Shown here piece by piece: positions 25,431 to 32,000 of a stretch of DNA of 32,000 nucleotides (its first letter is position 1; every line of letters begins with the position of its first letter). Under the pieces are notes generated by a model. That model had not been told where the DNA came from and ran no database searches. It worked only from the letters and a program-made list of their open reading frames with translations. The DNA comes from an uncultured Actinomycetes bacterium. Lineage in GTDB: Bacteria > Actinomycetota > Actinomycetes > S36-B12 > CAIYMF01. The stretch spans positions 2,250,001 to 2,282,000 of the forward strand of contig CAWJMG010000003.1 of the NCBI GenBank assembly GCA_963843975.1, read 5' to 3'. The translations under genes and the position numbers were made by a program.

Positions 25431-27803
25431 TCACCCGGCGAGCGCCAGGTCTCCACCCGCAGCCTGCTGGCGCGTGATCACGAACGCGTGGAGCAGGCTC
25501 ACGATCGTGGCTCCGACGATGCCGATCGCGAGCGCGGCGAGGCCGTCGTGGTCCGGTGCCCAGGACATCTGGAACAGGTGCGAGAGCCAGGGGATGTACA
25601 GCACCCCGAGGAAGCCGATGAGCATGGCCGCGCAGATCCCGAGGCGGATCGGGTCCCACGGCTTGGCGACCTGCATGAGGATCCACCACGCCACGATGAA
25701 CAGGGTGGTGACCGCCGCCGTGCGCGCGGTGTCGACGTCGCCGTCGTTGAAGTTCAGGACGTAGCCGTAGGTGGCGTACGCCGACAGCGCGCAGACCAGG
25801 CCGCACGGGATCGCGAAGACGAGCACGCGACGGAAGAAGCCTGGGCGGAACCGCTCGGTGTTGGGCAGCAGCGCCAGGAAGAACGCGGGCGTGCCGATCG
25901 TCAGCGCCGTCACGACGGTGAGGTGGCGGTTGAGGAACGGGAACGGCAGCGTGAGCAGGATCGTGGCCAGCGACACGACCATGGCGTAGAAGCTCTTGGA
26001 CAGGAACAGCTGGGCGACGCGCTCGACGTTGCCGAGGACGCGGCGGCCCTCGGCCACGACGGACGGCATGACGGCGAACCGGTCGTCGAGCAGCACGATC
26101 TGCGCGACCGAGCGCGTGGCACCGGCGCCGGATCCCATCGCGATGCCGAGGTCGGCGTCCTTGAGCGCGAGGCAGTCGTTCACGCCGTCGCCCGTCATCG
26201 CGACCACGTGACCCCGGCTCTGGAGTGCGCCGACCATCGCGCGCTTCTGAGCGGGCGTGACGCGGCCGAAGACGCTGTGCGTCTCGAGGATCTCGGCCAG
26301 CGCCTCCTTGTCGTCCGGGAGCTCGCGCGCGTCGATCGGGTCGTCCGCACCGGGGACGCCGGCCTGCGCCGCGATCGCGCCGACGGTCACCGCGTTGTCG
26401 CCGCTGATGACCTTCATCTTCACGTTCTGCTCGAGGAAGTACGCCACGGTCTCCGCGGCGTCCGAGCGCAGCGTCTGGTTGATGACGACGAGTGCTGCGG
26501 GCGAGAGGTCGCCGGTGCCGCCGTCCGAGCTGGGCTCACCGGCCGAGCGCGCGAGGACGAGGACGCGCGCCCCGCCCTGCGCGAGGCCGTCGGACTGCGT
26601 CCGCACCGGGTCGCCGTCGGGCAGGAGCATCTCGGGTGCCCCGAGCACCCAGGCTCCGCGGTCGCCGAACGTCGCCGACGACCACTTGCGCGAGCTGGAG
26701 AACGGCACGGTGGCGGTGACCGTCCAGCCCTCGGTCGGCGGGTACTTCGCCGCGATCGCGACGAGGGTCTGGTTGGGCTCGGGCTCGCTGGCGCCCAGAG
26801 CGCCGAGCGCGTCGGAGACCGGCAGGGAGTCGTCGAGGACGACCACCTCCTGCACGCCCATTCCGGGCTCGGTGAGCGTGCCGGTCTTGTCGACGCAGAC
26901 GACGTCGACGCGGGCGAGCACCTCGACGGCCGGCATGTCCTGGACGAGCGCCTTCTTCTGCGCCAGACGGATCACCGAGACGGCCATCGCGACGCTGGTG
27001 AGCAGGACGAGACCCTCGGGCACCATCGTGATGACGCCCGGCACGGTGCCCGCGATCGAGGCTCGGATGTCGCCGTCGTTGGCGCGGTACTGCGAGATGA
27101 AGAGGGCCACCCCGACCGGCACCAGGAACCAGGACACGACCTTGATGAAGCGCTGGATCGAGTAGCGCAGCTCCGACCTGGTGATCGAGAACTTGCTGGC
27201 CTCGTCGGCGATCTTCGCGGCGTAGGAGTCGTGGCCGACGCGCGTGGCGCGCACCAGCCCGGAGCCCGCGACGACGAACGAGCCCGACAGCACCTCGTCG
27301 TCGAGCTCCTTCGCGACCGGGTCCGCCTCGCCGGTGAGCAGCGACTCGTCGAGCTCGAGCCCGTTGGACTCCAGCACCACCGAGTCCACGAGCATCTGGT
27401 CGCCTGTGCGCAGCAGGATCACGTCGTCGAGGACGAGGTCGTGCGTCAGGATCTGGGCATCGACGCCGTCGCGGCGCACGGTGGGCTGCTGCTGGCCGAC
27501 GAGCGAGAGCTTGGCCAAGGTCCGTGCGGCGCGGTACTCCTGCACGATGCCGATCGCGGTGTTGACGACGATCACGAGGCCGAACAGCGAGTCGATGAGC
27601 GGCGCGCTCGCGAGCATCAGGATCCAGAAGAACCCGATCAGCGCGTTGAAGTAGGTGAACGTGTTGGCGCGGACGATGTCGCCGAGGCTGCGGGCGTTGC
27701 GGTCCTTGACGGCGTTGACGCGGCCGGTGGCCACACGCTCCGCGACCTCCGCCGCGGAGAGACCCCGTGAGGGGTCGACCACCTCGCTGGTGGGCGCAGT
27801 CAC
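25431..27803 (-). CDS. Cation-translocating P-type ATPase (P2-like, PEGL-type; ATPase-E/CtpE-like)
   Basis: This is the C-terminal 790 aa of track ORF 25431..28784. The start is GTG at 27803, which is residue 328 of the track ORF and forms a GTGA overlap with the ppx stop at 27800-27802. Motifs present: TGEADP (actuator), PEGL (TM4), DKTGTLT (phosphorylation site), [15 protein letters not shown] (hinge). Confidence 0.92.
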   Translation of the reverse strand: MTAPTSEVVDPSRGLSAAEVAERVATGRVNAVKDRNARSLGDIVRANTFTYFNALIGFFWILMLASAPLIDSLFGLVIVVNTAIGIVQEYRAARTLAKLSLVGQQQPTVRRDGVDAQILTHDLVLDDVILLRTGDQMLVDSVVLESNGLELDESLLTGEADPVAKELDDEVLSGSFVVAGSGLVRATRVGHDSYAAKIADEASKFSITRSELRYSIQRFIKVVSWFLVPVGVALFISQYRANDGDIRASIAGTVPGVITMVPEGLVLLTSVAMAVSVIRLAQKKALVQDMPAVEVLARVDVVCVDKTGTLTEPGMGVQEVVVLDDSLPVSDALGALGASEPEPNQTLVAIAAKYPPTEGWTVTATVPFSSSRKWSSATFGDRGAWVLGAPEMLLPDGDPVRTQSDGLAQGGARVLVLARSAGEPSSDGGTGDLSPAALVVINQTLRSDAAETVAYFLEQNVKMKVISGDNAVTVGAIAAQAGVPGADDPIDARELPDDKEALAEILETHSVFGRVTPAQKRAMVGALQSRGHVVAMTGDGVNDCLALKDADLGIAMGSGAGATRSVAQIVLLDDRFAVMPSVVAEGRRVLGNVERVAQLFLSKSFYAMVVSLATILLTLPFPFLNRHLTVVTALTIGTPAFFLALLPNTERFRPGFFRRVLVFAIPCGLVCALSAYATYGYVLNFNDGDVDTARTAAVTTLFIVAWWILMQVAKPWDPIRLGICAAMLIGFLGVLYIPWLSHLFQMSWAPDHDGLAALAIGIVGATIVSLLHAFVITRQQAAGGDLALAG

Positions 27804-28729
27804 CGGTCGAGCCCGTCGAGCAGCTCGAGGATGATGCCCTCGCGCAGGGCCCACGGCCCGATCTCGAGGGTGTCGAGGCCGAGCAGGTCCATCGCCGACT
27901 CCGCGACGAGCGCTCCGGCCAGCAGCTGCGGGGCGCGGCCGGGGCTCACCCCGTGCAGTGCGGCGCGCTCCCTGGCCGTCATCGCCGCGAGCTTGGGCAC
28001 CCACGTGCGCAGGTCGTCGCGCGCGAGGATCCGCTGCACGAACGGGCCCTCGCTGGAGGGCGCGGAGCCCATGATCCGGGCGAGCGAGCGGAAGGTCTTG
28101 CTGGTGGCGACCACGTGGCGCGGCTCGCCGGCACGTGCGAGCGATCCGGTCACCTCGGCGATCGTCGCGCGCGTGTGCTTGCGCAGGACCTTGACCTCCT
28201 CGGGCCGCGCGGGGTCGTGCGCGAGGTACGCCCGCGTGAGGCGGCCGGCACCGAGCGGCAGAGAGACGGCGACGTCCGGTGTCTCGTCGGTGCCGATCGC
28301 GATCTCGAGCGAGCCGCCGCCGATGTCGAGGACGAGCAGCCGCCCGGACGACCAGCCGAACCAACGGCGCACGGCGAGGAACGTGAGCCGGGCCTCGTCG
28401 GCGCCGGAGAGCACCTGCAGGTCGACGCCGGTGCGCTCGAGCACGAGCCGCAGGACGTCCTCGCCGTTCGTCGCCTCGCGGATCGCCGAGGTGGCGAACG
28501 CGTGCATCTGGGTGACGCCGAGGTCCTCGGCCACCTCCTGCGCAGACCGGACGAACTCGACGAGACGGTCGACGCCGGCGTCGGTGATGCGCTCGTCCGC
28601 GTCGATGAGCTCGGCGAGCCGCAGCTCGACCTTGTGCGAGTGGGCCGGCAGCGGCGCGGCACCGTGATGCGCGTCCACCACCAGGAGGTGGACTGTGTTC
28701 GAGCCGACGTCGAGGACTCCGAGGCGCAC
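27800..28729 (-). CDS. ppx: Exopolyphosphatase, Ppx/GppA family
   Basis: Track ORF of 309 aa. It has the ASKHA-fold phosphate-binding motifs ([37 protein letters not shown]). Confidence 0.9.
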   Translation of the reverse strand: MRLGVLDVGSNTVHLLVVDAHHGAAPLPAHSHKVELRLAELIDADERITDAGVDRLVEFVRSAQEVAEDLGVTQMHAFATSAIREATNGEDVLRLVLERTGVDLQVLSGADEARLTFLAVRRWFGWSSGRLLVLDIGGGSLEIAIGTDETPDVAVSLPLGAGRLTRAYLAHDPARPEEVKVLRKHTRATIAEVTGSLARAGEPRHVVATSKTFRSLARIMGSAPSSEGPFVQRILARDDLRTWVPKLAAMTARERAALHGVSPGRAPQLLAGALVAESAMDLLGLDTLEIGPWALREGIILELLDGLDR

Positions 28730-28849
28730 GGCCAGAGCCTAGGCGCCAGACCTCGCCCCGCCACGCGCAACCCCGCGATCCCACCCCGGGGCGCCGAGGA
28801 TCCCGCGTCCGGACACGTGCGCTTCACACGAACGCCCTAGGGTGGCGAC

Positions 28850-29713
28850 GTGGCTGGTGGAGACAAGAAGAAGAGCGGTCCGGTCGACGTCGTCATCGGG
28901 CGCGGCGACGAGGTGCAGCTGGACTTCCCGCGCGCGTGGATCGAGTTCCCCGACCCCGCCGACGCCGACGGGACGACCATCTACCGCTGCGACCTGACCT
29001 GGCTCACGAGCCGGTGGACCTGCATCTACGGGAACGGCTGCCACGGCATCGACGCCTCCAAGCCGGACGACGGCTGCTGCGTCCTCGGCGCGCACTTCTC
29101 GGACAAGGACGACGAGAAGCGCATGAAGAAGTACGCCGCGATGCTCACGCCCGAGACGTGGCAGTTCCACAAGCAGGGCACGAAGAAGGGCGTCGTCGAG
29201 AAGGACGAGGACGGGCAGCGCAAGACGCGCGTCGTCGAGGGTGCCTGCATCTTCCTCAACCGCACCGGCTTCGAGGGTGGCACCGGCTGCTCGCTGCACA
29301 ACCTCGCTCTGACCATCGGCAAGCAGCCGCTCGAGGTCAAGCCGGACGTGTGCTGGCAGCTGCCCGTGCGCCGTACCTTCCAGCACGTCGAGCGCACCGA
29401 CGGCACCCAGGTGCTGGTCGTGCAGATCTTCGAGTACGACCGCCGCGGCTGGGGCCCGGGCGGCCACGACCTCGACTGGTACTGCAGCGGCTCCACCGAG
29501 GCGCACGTCGCCCCCGAGCCCGTCTTCGTCACCGAGCGCGGCACGCTGATCGAGCTGATGGGCAAGCCGGCGTACGACGTGCTCGAGGCGCACTGCGAGG
29601 CCCGCATGGCCGCGCTCACCGCTGCGCGCAAGGTCGCCGCGCGTCAGCGGACGCCCGCCGAGCGCGCCGCCGCCCTGCTGCCCTTCGCACCCCACCCCGC
29701 CGACCCGGAGTAG
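28850..29713 (+). CDS. Conserved hypothetical Cys-rich protein (10 Cys), possible metal or Fe-S binding
   Basis: Track ORF of 287 aa with a GTG start and GGGTGG upstream. It has GC3-rich codons and a non-repetitive, globular-looking sequence. Cys residues are at positions 47, 58, 64, 76, 77, 133, 147, 168, 212 and 249. The local patterns GCCVLGAHF and GACIFLN...GCSLH resemble CxxCxxCC / YkgJ-type domains. The function is unknown to me. Confidence 0.7.
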   Translation: MAGGDKKKSGPVDVVIGRGDEVQLDFPRAWIEFPDPADADGTTIYRCDLTWLTSRWTCIYGNGCHGIDASKPDDGCCVLGAHFSDKDDEKRMKKYAAMLTPETWQFHKQGTKKGVVEKDEDGQRKTRVVEGACIFLNRTGFEGGTGCSLHNLALTIGKQPLEVKPDVCWQLPVRRTFQHVERTDGTQVLVVQIFEYDRRGWGPGGHDLDWYCSGSTEAHVAPEPVFVTERGTLIELMGKPAYDVLEAHCEARMAALTAARKVAARQRTPAERAAALLPFAPHPADPE

Positions 29714-29752
29714 CAGCGGGTCGCCGCGCTGGACGTCGGCGCCGGCGAGGGC

Positions 29753-30733
29753 TCAGCGGTCGTGCCAGGCGGCGAGCAGCTCGGCCTCTCGCTCGCGGCT
29801 GATGCCGGGATCGGATCCCGTGGTCGGGCCCGCGCGCAGGTGGTCGAGCACCTCGACCGCGCTCTGCCGCACCGACCGGTGCTTCAGGCCCGCCGCGATC
29901 GCGGCCGCGGGGCTCGCGGCGTTCGCGAGGATCCACGGGTCGCCGCCGCCCCAGAGCGGGATCGTGCCGTCCGACTCGCCCTGGGCGAGCAGCCACACCT
30001 GGTCGACCCACGTGATCGTCGTCCCCGACGGTGCCACCACGGCCAGGACGTCGGCGAGCATGTCGCCGAACGTGTACGGCGGCTCCGGCGAGACCGCGTG
30101 GAACGTGCCGGCGACGTCCTTCTCGACGAGGTCGATGCAGAAGCGGCCGAGGTCGCGCGCGTCGATCACCTGCAGCGGGTCGTCGGGGTCGCCCGGCCCG
30201 AGCACCTCTCCACCCTCGGACAGCCGCCGCACCCAGTGCGTGAACCGCTGGGTGTGGTCCCACGGCCCGACGACGTACGTCGGACGCACGACCGTGGCGC
30301 GCTCGCCGAGCAGCGCTCGCGCTGCCTCCTCGCACGCGACCTTCAGCGGGCCGTATGTCGTGTCGGTGACGACGTCGACGTCGTCGCCCGCCGCCGGCAC
30401 CACGGGCGACGACTCGTCGAACCCCGGGCCGGCGGGCTCGGCGTACACCGACGTCGAGGAGATGAGGAGGTAGCGGCCGGCCCGCTCGCCGAGCGCGCCG
30501 ACGACGTGCCGCACCTGACGCGGGAAGTACGCGCACATGTCGAGCGTGGCGTCGAACTCCCGGCCGTCGAGCGCCGACAGGTCGCCGTCCCGGTCGGTCA
30601 GCACATGCTCGGCCCCGGGGAACAGCTCGGATGGCGTGCGGTGCAGCAACGTCACCGTGTGACCGCGACGCAGCGCAGCCTCGACGACGTGCCTGCCCAC
30701 GAACCGCGTGCCGCCGATCACGAGCAGCTTCAT
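29753..30733 (-). CDS. NAD(P)-binding epimerase/dehydratase-like protein (atypical SDR)
   Basis: This is the C-terminal 326 aa of track ORF 29753..31684. The start is ATG at 30733, in an ATGA overlap with the upstream stop at 30730-30732. It has the Rossmann N-terminus MKLLVIGGTRFVGRHVV. Confidence 0.8.
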   Translation of the reverse strand: MKLLVIGGTRFVGRHVVEAALRRGHTVTLLHRTPSELFPGAEHVLTDRDGDLSALDGREFDATLDMCAYFPRQVRHVVGALGERAGRYLLISSTSVYAEPAGPGFDESSPVVPAAGDDVDVVTDTTYGPLKVACEEAARALLGERATVVRPTYVVGPWDHTQRFTHWVRRLSEGGEVLGPGDPDDPLQVIDARDLGRFCIDLVEKDVAGTFHAVSPEPPYTFGDMLADVLAVVAPSGTTITWVDQVWLLAQGESDGTIPLWGGGDPWILANAASPAAAIAAGLKHRSVRQSAVEVLDHLRAGPTTGSDPGISREREAELLAAWHDR

Positions 30734-31368
30734 GCCGTCTCCTCCTGGGGCGCCGCAGCGCCGTCGAGCCATGCGCGCCACCACGGCACGAAGGTGGTCA
30801 GGTCGTCGAGGACGACGTCGGCGCCGGCCTCCTCCAGCTCGGCCGCCGTCGTCGGACCGGTCGCGACCGCGACGGCCACGGCGCCGGCACCGCGCGCGCC
30901 GAGCACGTCGCCCGGGTGGTCGCCGACGTAGACCTCGGCGTCGACCGCGCGCAGCGACTCGGACTTGCCCTCGGCGAACCGCTCGCCGACGACGTCCGCG
31001 ACGAGATGGTCGAGGTCGACCGACTGCAGCACCGCGCGCACGTGCGTGTCCTTCTTGGCGCTCACGACGAGGACGGAGAAGCCGTCGGCCACGACCGACT
31101 CCAGCGCCTCGCGCGCCCCCGGCAGCACGTCGTGCATGGCGAGACCGTGGCTGAGGTAGCGCGCGCGGTAGACCTCGAGGGCCTCGTCGTACGGGACTCC
31201 GGGCACGAGCTGGGGGAACACGATGTCGAGCGGCAGGCCGAGCGTGGCGCGCAGCCACTCCTCGTCGATGGGCACGTCCCACCGCCGCCCGACCGCCGCG
31301 ACGCTGTCGACGATCGCCTCGGACGAGTCGACGAGGGTCATGTCCAGATCGAAGCCCACAACGCGCAC
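30730..31368 (-). CDS. HAD-IA family hydrolase (phosphoglycolate-phosphatase-like)
   Basis: Track ORF of 212 aa with a GTG start. It has HAD motif I (VGFDLDMTLVDS), motif II (VVSAK) and motif IV (YVGDHPGDV). Confidence 0.8.
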   Translation of the reverse strand: MRVVGFDLDMTLVDSSEAIVDSVAAVGRRWDVPIDEEWLRATLGLPLDIVFPQLVPGVPYDEALEVYRARYLSHGLAMHDVLPGAREALESVVADGFSVLVVSAKKDTHVRAVLQSVDLDHLVADVVGERFAEGKSESLRAVDAEVYVGDHPGDVLGARGAGAVAVAVATGPTTAAELEEAGADVVLDDLTTFVPWWRAWLDGAAAPQEETA

Positions 31369-31464
31369 GGAGCGACCCTACGGCCCTCTCGGCGCCTGGC
31401 CCGGGCAGCGCAGCGCGATCCGTCGGTTCGCTGGTACGGCGGGGGCACGCGTAGGTTGGGGCGG

Positions 31465-32000
31465 ATGACCACTCGAGCGCCGGGCGCTGCGGGAGGTGCG
31501 ACGCCGCGTCGGCGCAGCACCTCGTCCCCCGCGCGCCCGACCGCCGCGCCGACCGCGCCGCCGCGGTCGCTCGCCGAGGACCTGCGGGCCCGCAGCGACG
31601 ACGACATCGCGGCCCTGCTCGCGGCACGACCCGACCTCGTGCACCCGGTGCCGGCCGATCTCGGCGCCCTGGCCACCCGCGCAACCACGGGTCCGTCCAC
31701 CGCCCGCGCCCTCGACCGCCTCGACGTGTTCGCGCTGCAGGTCACCACGGCGCTGGCTGCGCTCGGCGAGCCGGCCGACGTGCGCCTGCTGCTGTCCGGC
31801 CTCCCTGACGCCGACCCCGCGCAGGTGCAGGAGGTCGTCGACCGGCTGCGCACCCTGGCCCTGCTCTGGGGCGAGGACGACGACCTCCACCTCGTGCGGC
31901 CGGTCCGTGAGGCGCTCGGCACCTACCCGGCCGGCCTCGGCCCGGCCATGGCCGACGCGCGCCGGGGGGTGGCGGCGTACGCCGAGGACCCGACCCTGGT
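31465..32000 (+). CDS. Helicase-associated domain protein (the type found next to XPB/ERCC3-like helicases), N-terminal fragment. The CDS continues past the right edge of the window.
   Basis: Absent from the track because it has no stop inside the window. Manual translation from ATG at 31465 gives [93 protein letters not shown].... Third codon positions are strongly G/C. The RPDL-xPVPxDLxALAxRA...ARALDxLD pattern is what I remember from actinobacterial helicase-associated proteins. The family assignment rests on memory only. Confidence 0.55.
   Translation, partial: MTTRAPGAAGGATPRRRSTSSPARPTAAPTAPPRSLAEDLRARSDDDIAALLAARPDLVHPVPADLGALATRATTGPSTARALDRLDVFALQVTTALAALGEPADVRLLLSGLPDADPAQVQEVVDRLRTLALLWGEDDDLHLVRPVREALGTYPAGLGPAMADARRGVAAYAEDPTL

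Noticed and set aside
25404-27770. A 788-aa plus-strand ORF opposite the P-type ATPase.
   Set aside because: The same antisense artefact applies. The product is repetitive (R/D/E/G/H-rich), whereas the minus strand carries every P-type ATPase signature motif.
25431-28784. Very long minus-strand track ORFs suggesting fusion proteins. Examples are the 1117-aa 'ATPase', 643 aa at 29753..31684, 713 aa at 6659..8800, 586 aa at 11697..13457, 649 aa at 14481..16430 and 468 aa at 1354..2760.
   Set aside because: The N-terminal parts are out-of-frame read-through across the upstream gene. They are Arg/Pro/Gly-rich and overlap a better gene in another frame. In each case an in-frame ATG or GTG forms an ATGA or GTGA overlap with the upstream stop, or has a Shine-Dalgarno, and gives a protein of normal family length.
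28811-28830. A TTCACAC half-site resembling a Rex operator, upstream of the Cys-rich gene and ppx.
   Set aside because: Only one half-site is present. The 7 nt at the correct spacing (GACACGT) does not match the partner half-site TTGTGAA. A single half-site of this kind is expected by chance.
1-32000. A whole-window look for CRISPR repeats, IS or transposase and integrase genes, tRNA or rRNA genes, toxin-antitoxin pairs, and defence or biosynthetic gene clusters.
   Set aside because: No regularly spaced direct repeats, terminal inverted repeats, tRNA-like cloverleaf regions or matching protein signatures were seen. Every sizeable interval is accounted for by conserved housekeeping-type genes. 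A computational scan (tRNAscan-SE, Infernal/Rfam, ISEScan, DefenseFinder, antiSMASH) would be needed to make this negative result firm.

Overview
The window is a very GC-rich actinobacterial core-chromosome region (well above 70 % G+C by eye, with GC-saturated third codon positions). I call 35 protein-coding genes, 30 on the minus strand and 5 on the plus strand. Two of them are missing from the ORF track: a resB fragment at the left edge and a 32-aa bS22 ribosomal protein gene. A third gene missing from the track runs off the right edge. I saw no rRNA, tRNA, CRISPR array, IS element, integrase or phage gene.

Reading the minus strand from right to left, the content is:
- HAD hydrolase and an NAD-binding epimerase-like gene.
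- A ppx, P-type ATPase, TIM-barrel isomerase and tetR string.
- A basic hypothetical protein.
- Proline dehydrogenase, proC and an acuC-like deacetylase.
- An excisionase-type HTH gene, then bS22.
- An epimerase and acyltransferase pair, then a RibD_C/DHFR-like gene.
- A fadD-like ligase and a glutaredoxin-like gene.
- efeO and efeB.
- An acyl-ACP desaturase.
- rex-hemA-hemC-cobA/hemD-hemB-hemL, a histidine phosphatase, a ResA-like gene, ccdA and resB.

The plus strand carries bfd-bfr, a HAD-IB hydrolase, a Cys-rich conserved hypothetical and a helicase-associated protein fragment.

From memory, the gene order recalls the M. tuberculosis Rv0495c-Rv0529 backbone, with an extra iron/redox block inserted upstream of hemA.

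Eleven gene junctions are 4-nt ATGA or GTGA start/stop overlaps. Most long track ORFs are either antisense artefacts of high GC or carry spurious N-terminal extensions, and I trimmed starts accordingly.

I found no convincing novel multi-gene system such as a defence island, biosynthetic cluster or mobile element. The best leads are regulatory or organisational:
- Two Rex-operator-like palindromes and a promoter upstream of a possibly 10-gene rex/heme/cytochrome-c-maturation string.
- A shared iron-box-like 15-bp motif, tandem before efeOB and single abutting bfd.
- A proline dehydrogenase-proC pairing.
- ppx translationally coupled to a P-type ATPase.
- Two uncharacterised proteins, one basic and disordered, one Cys-rich.
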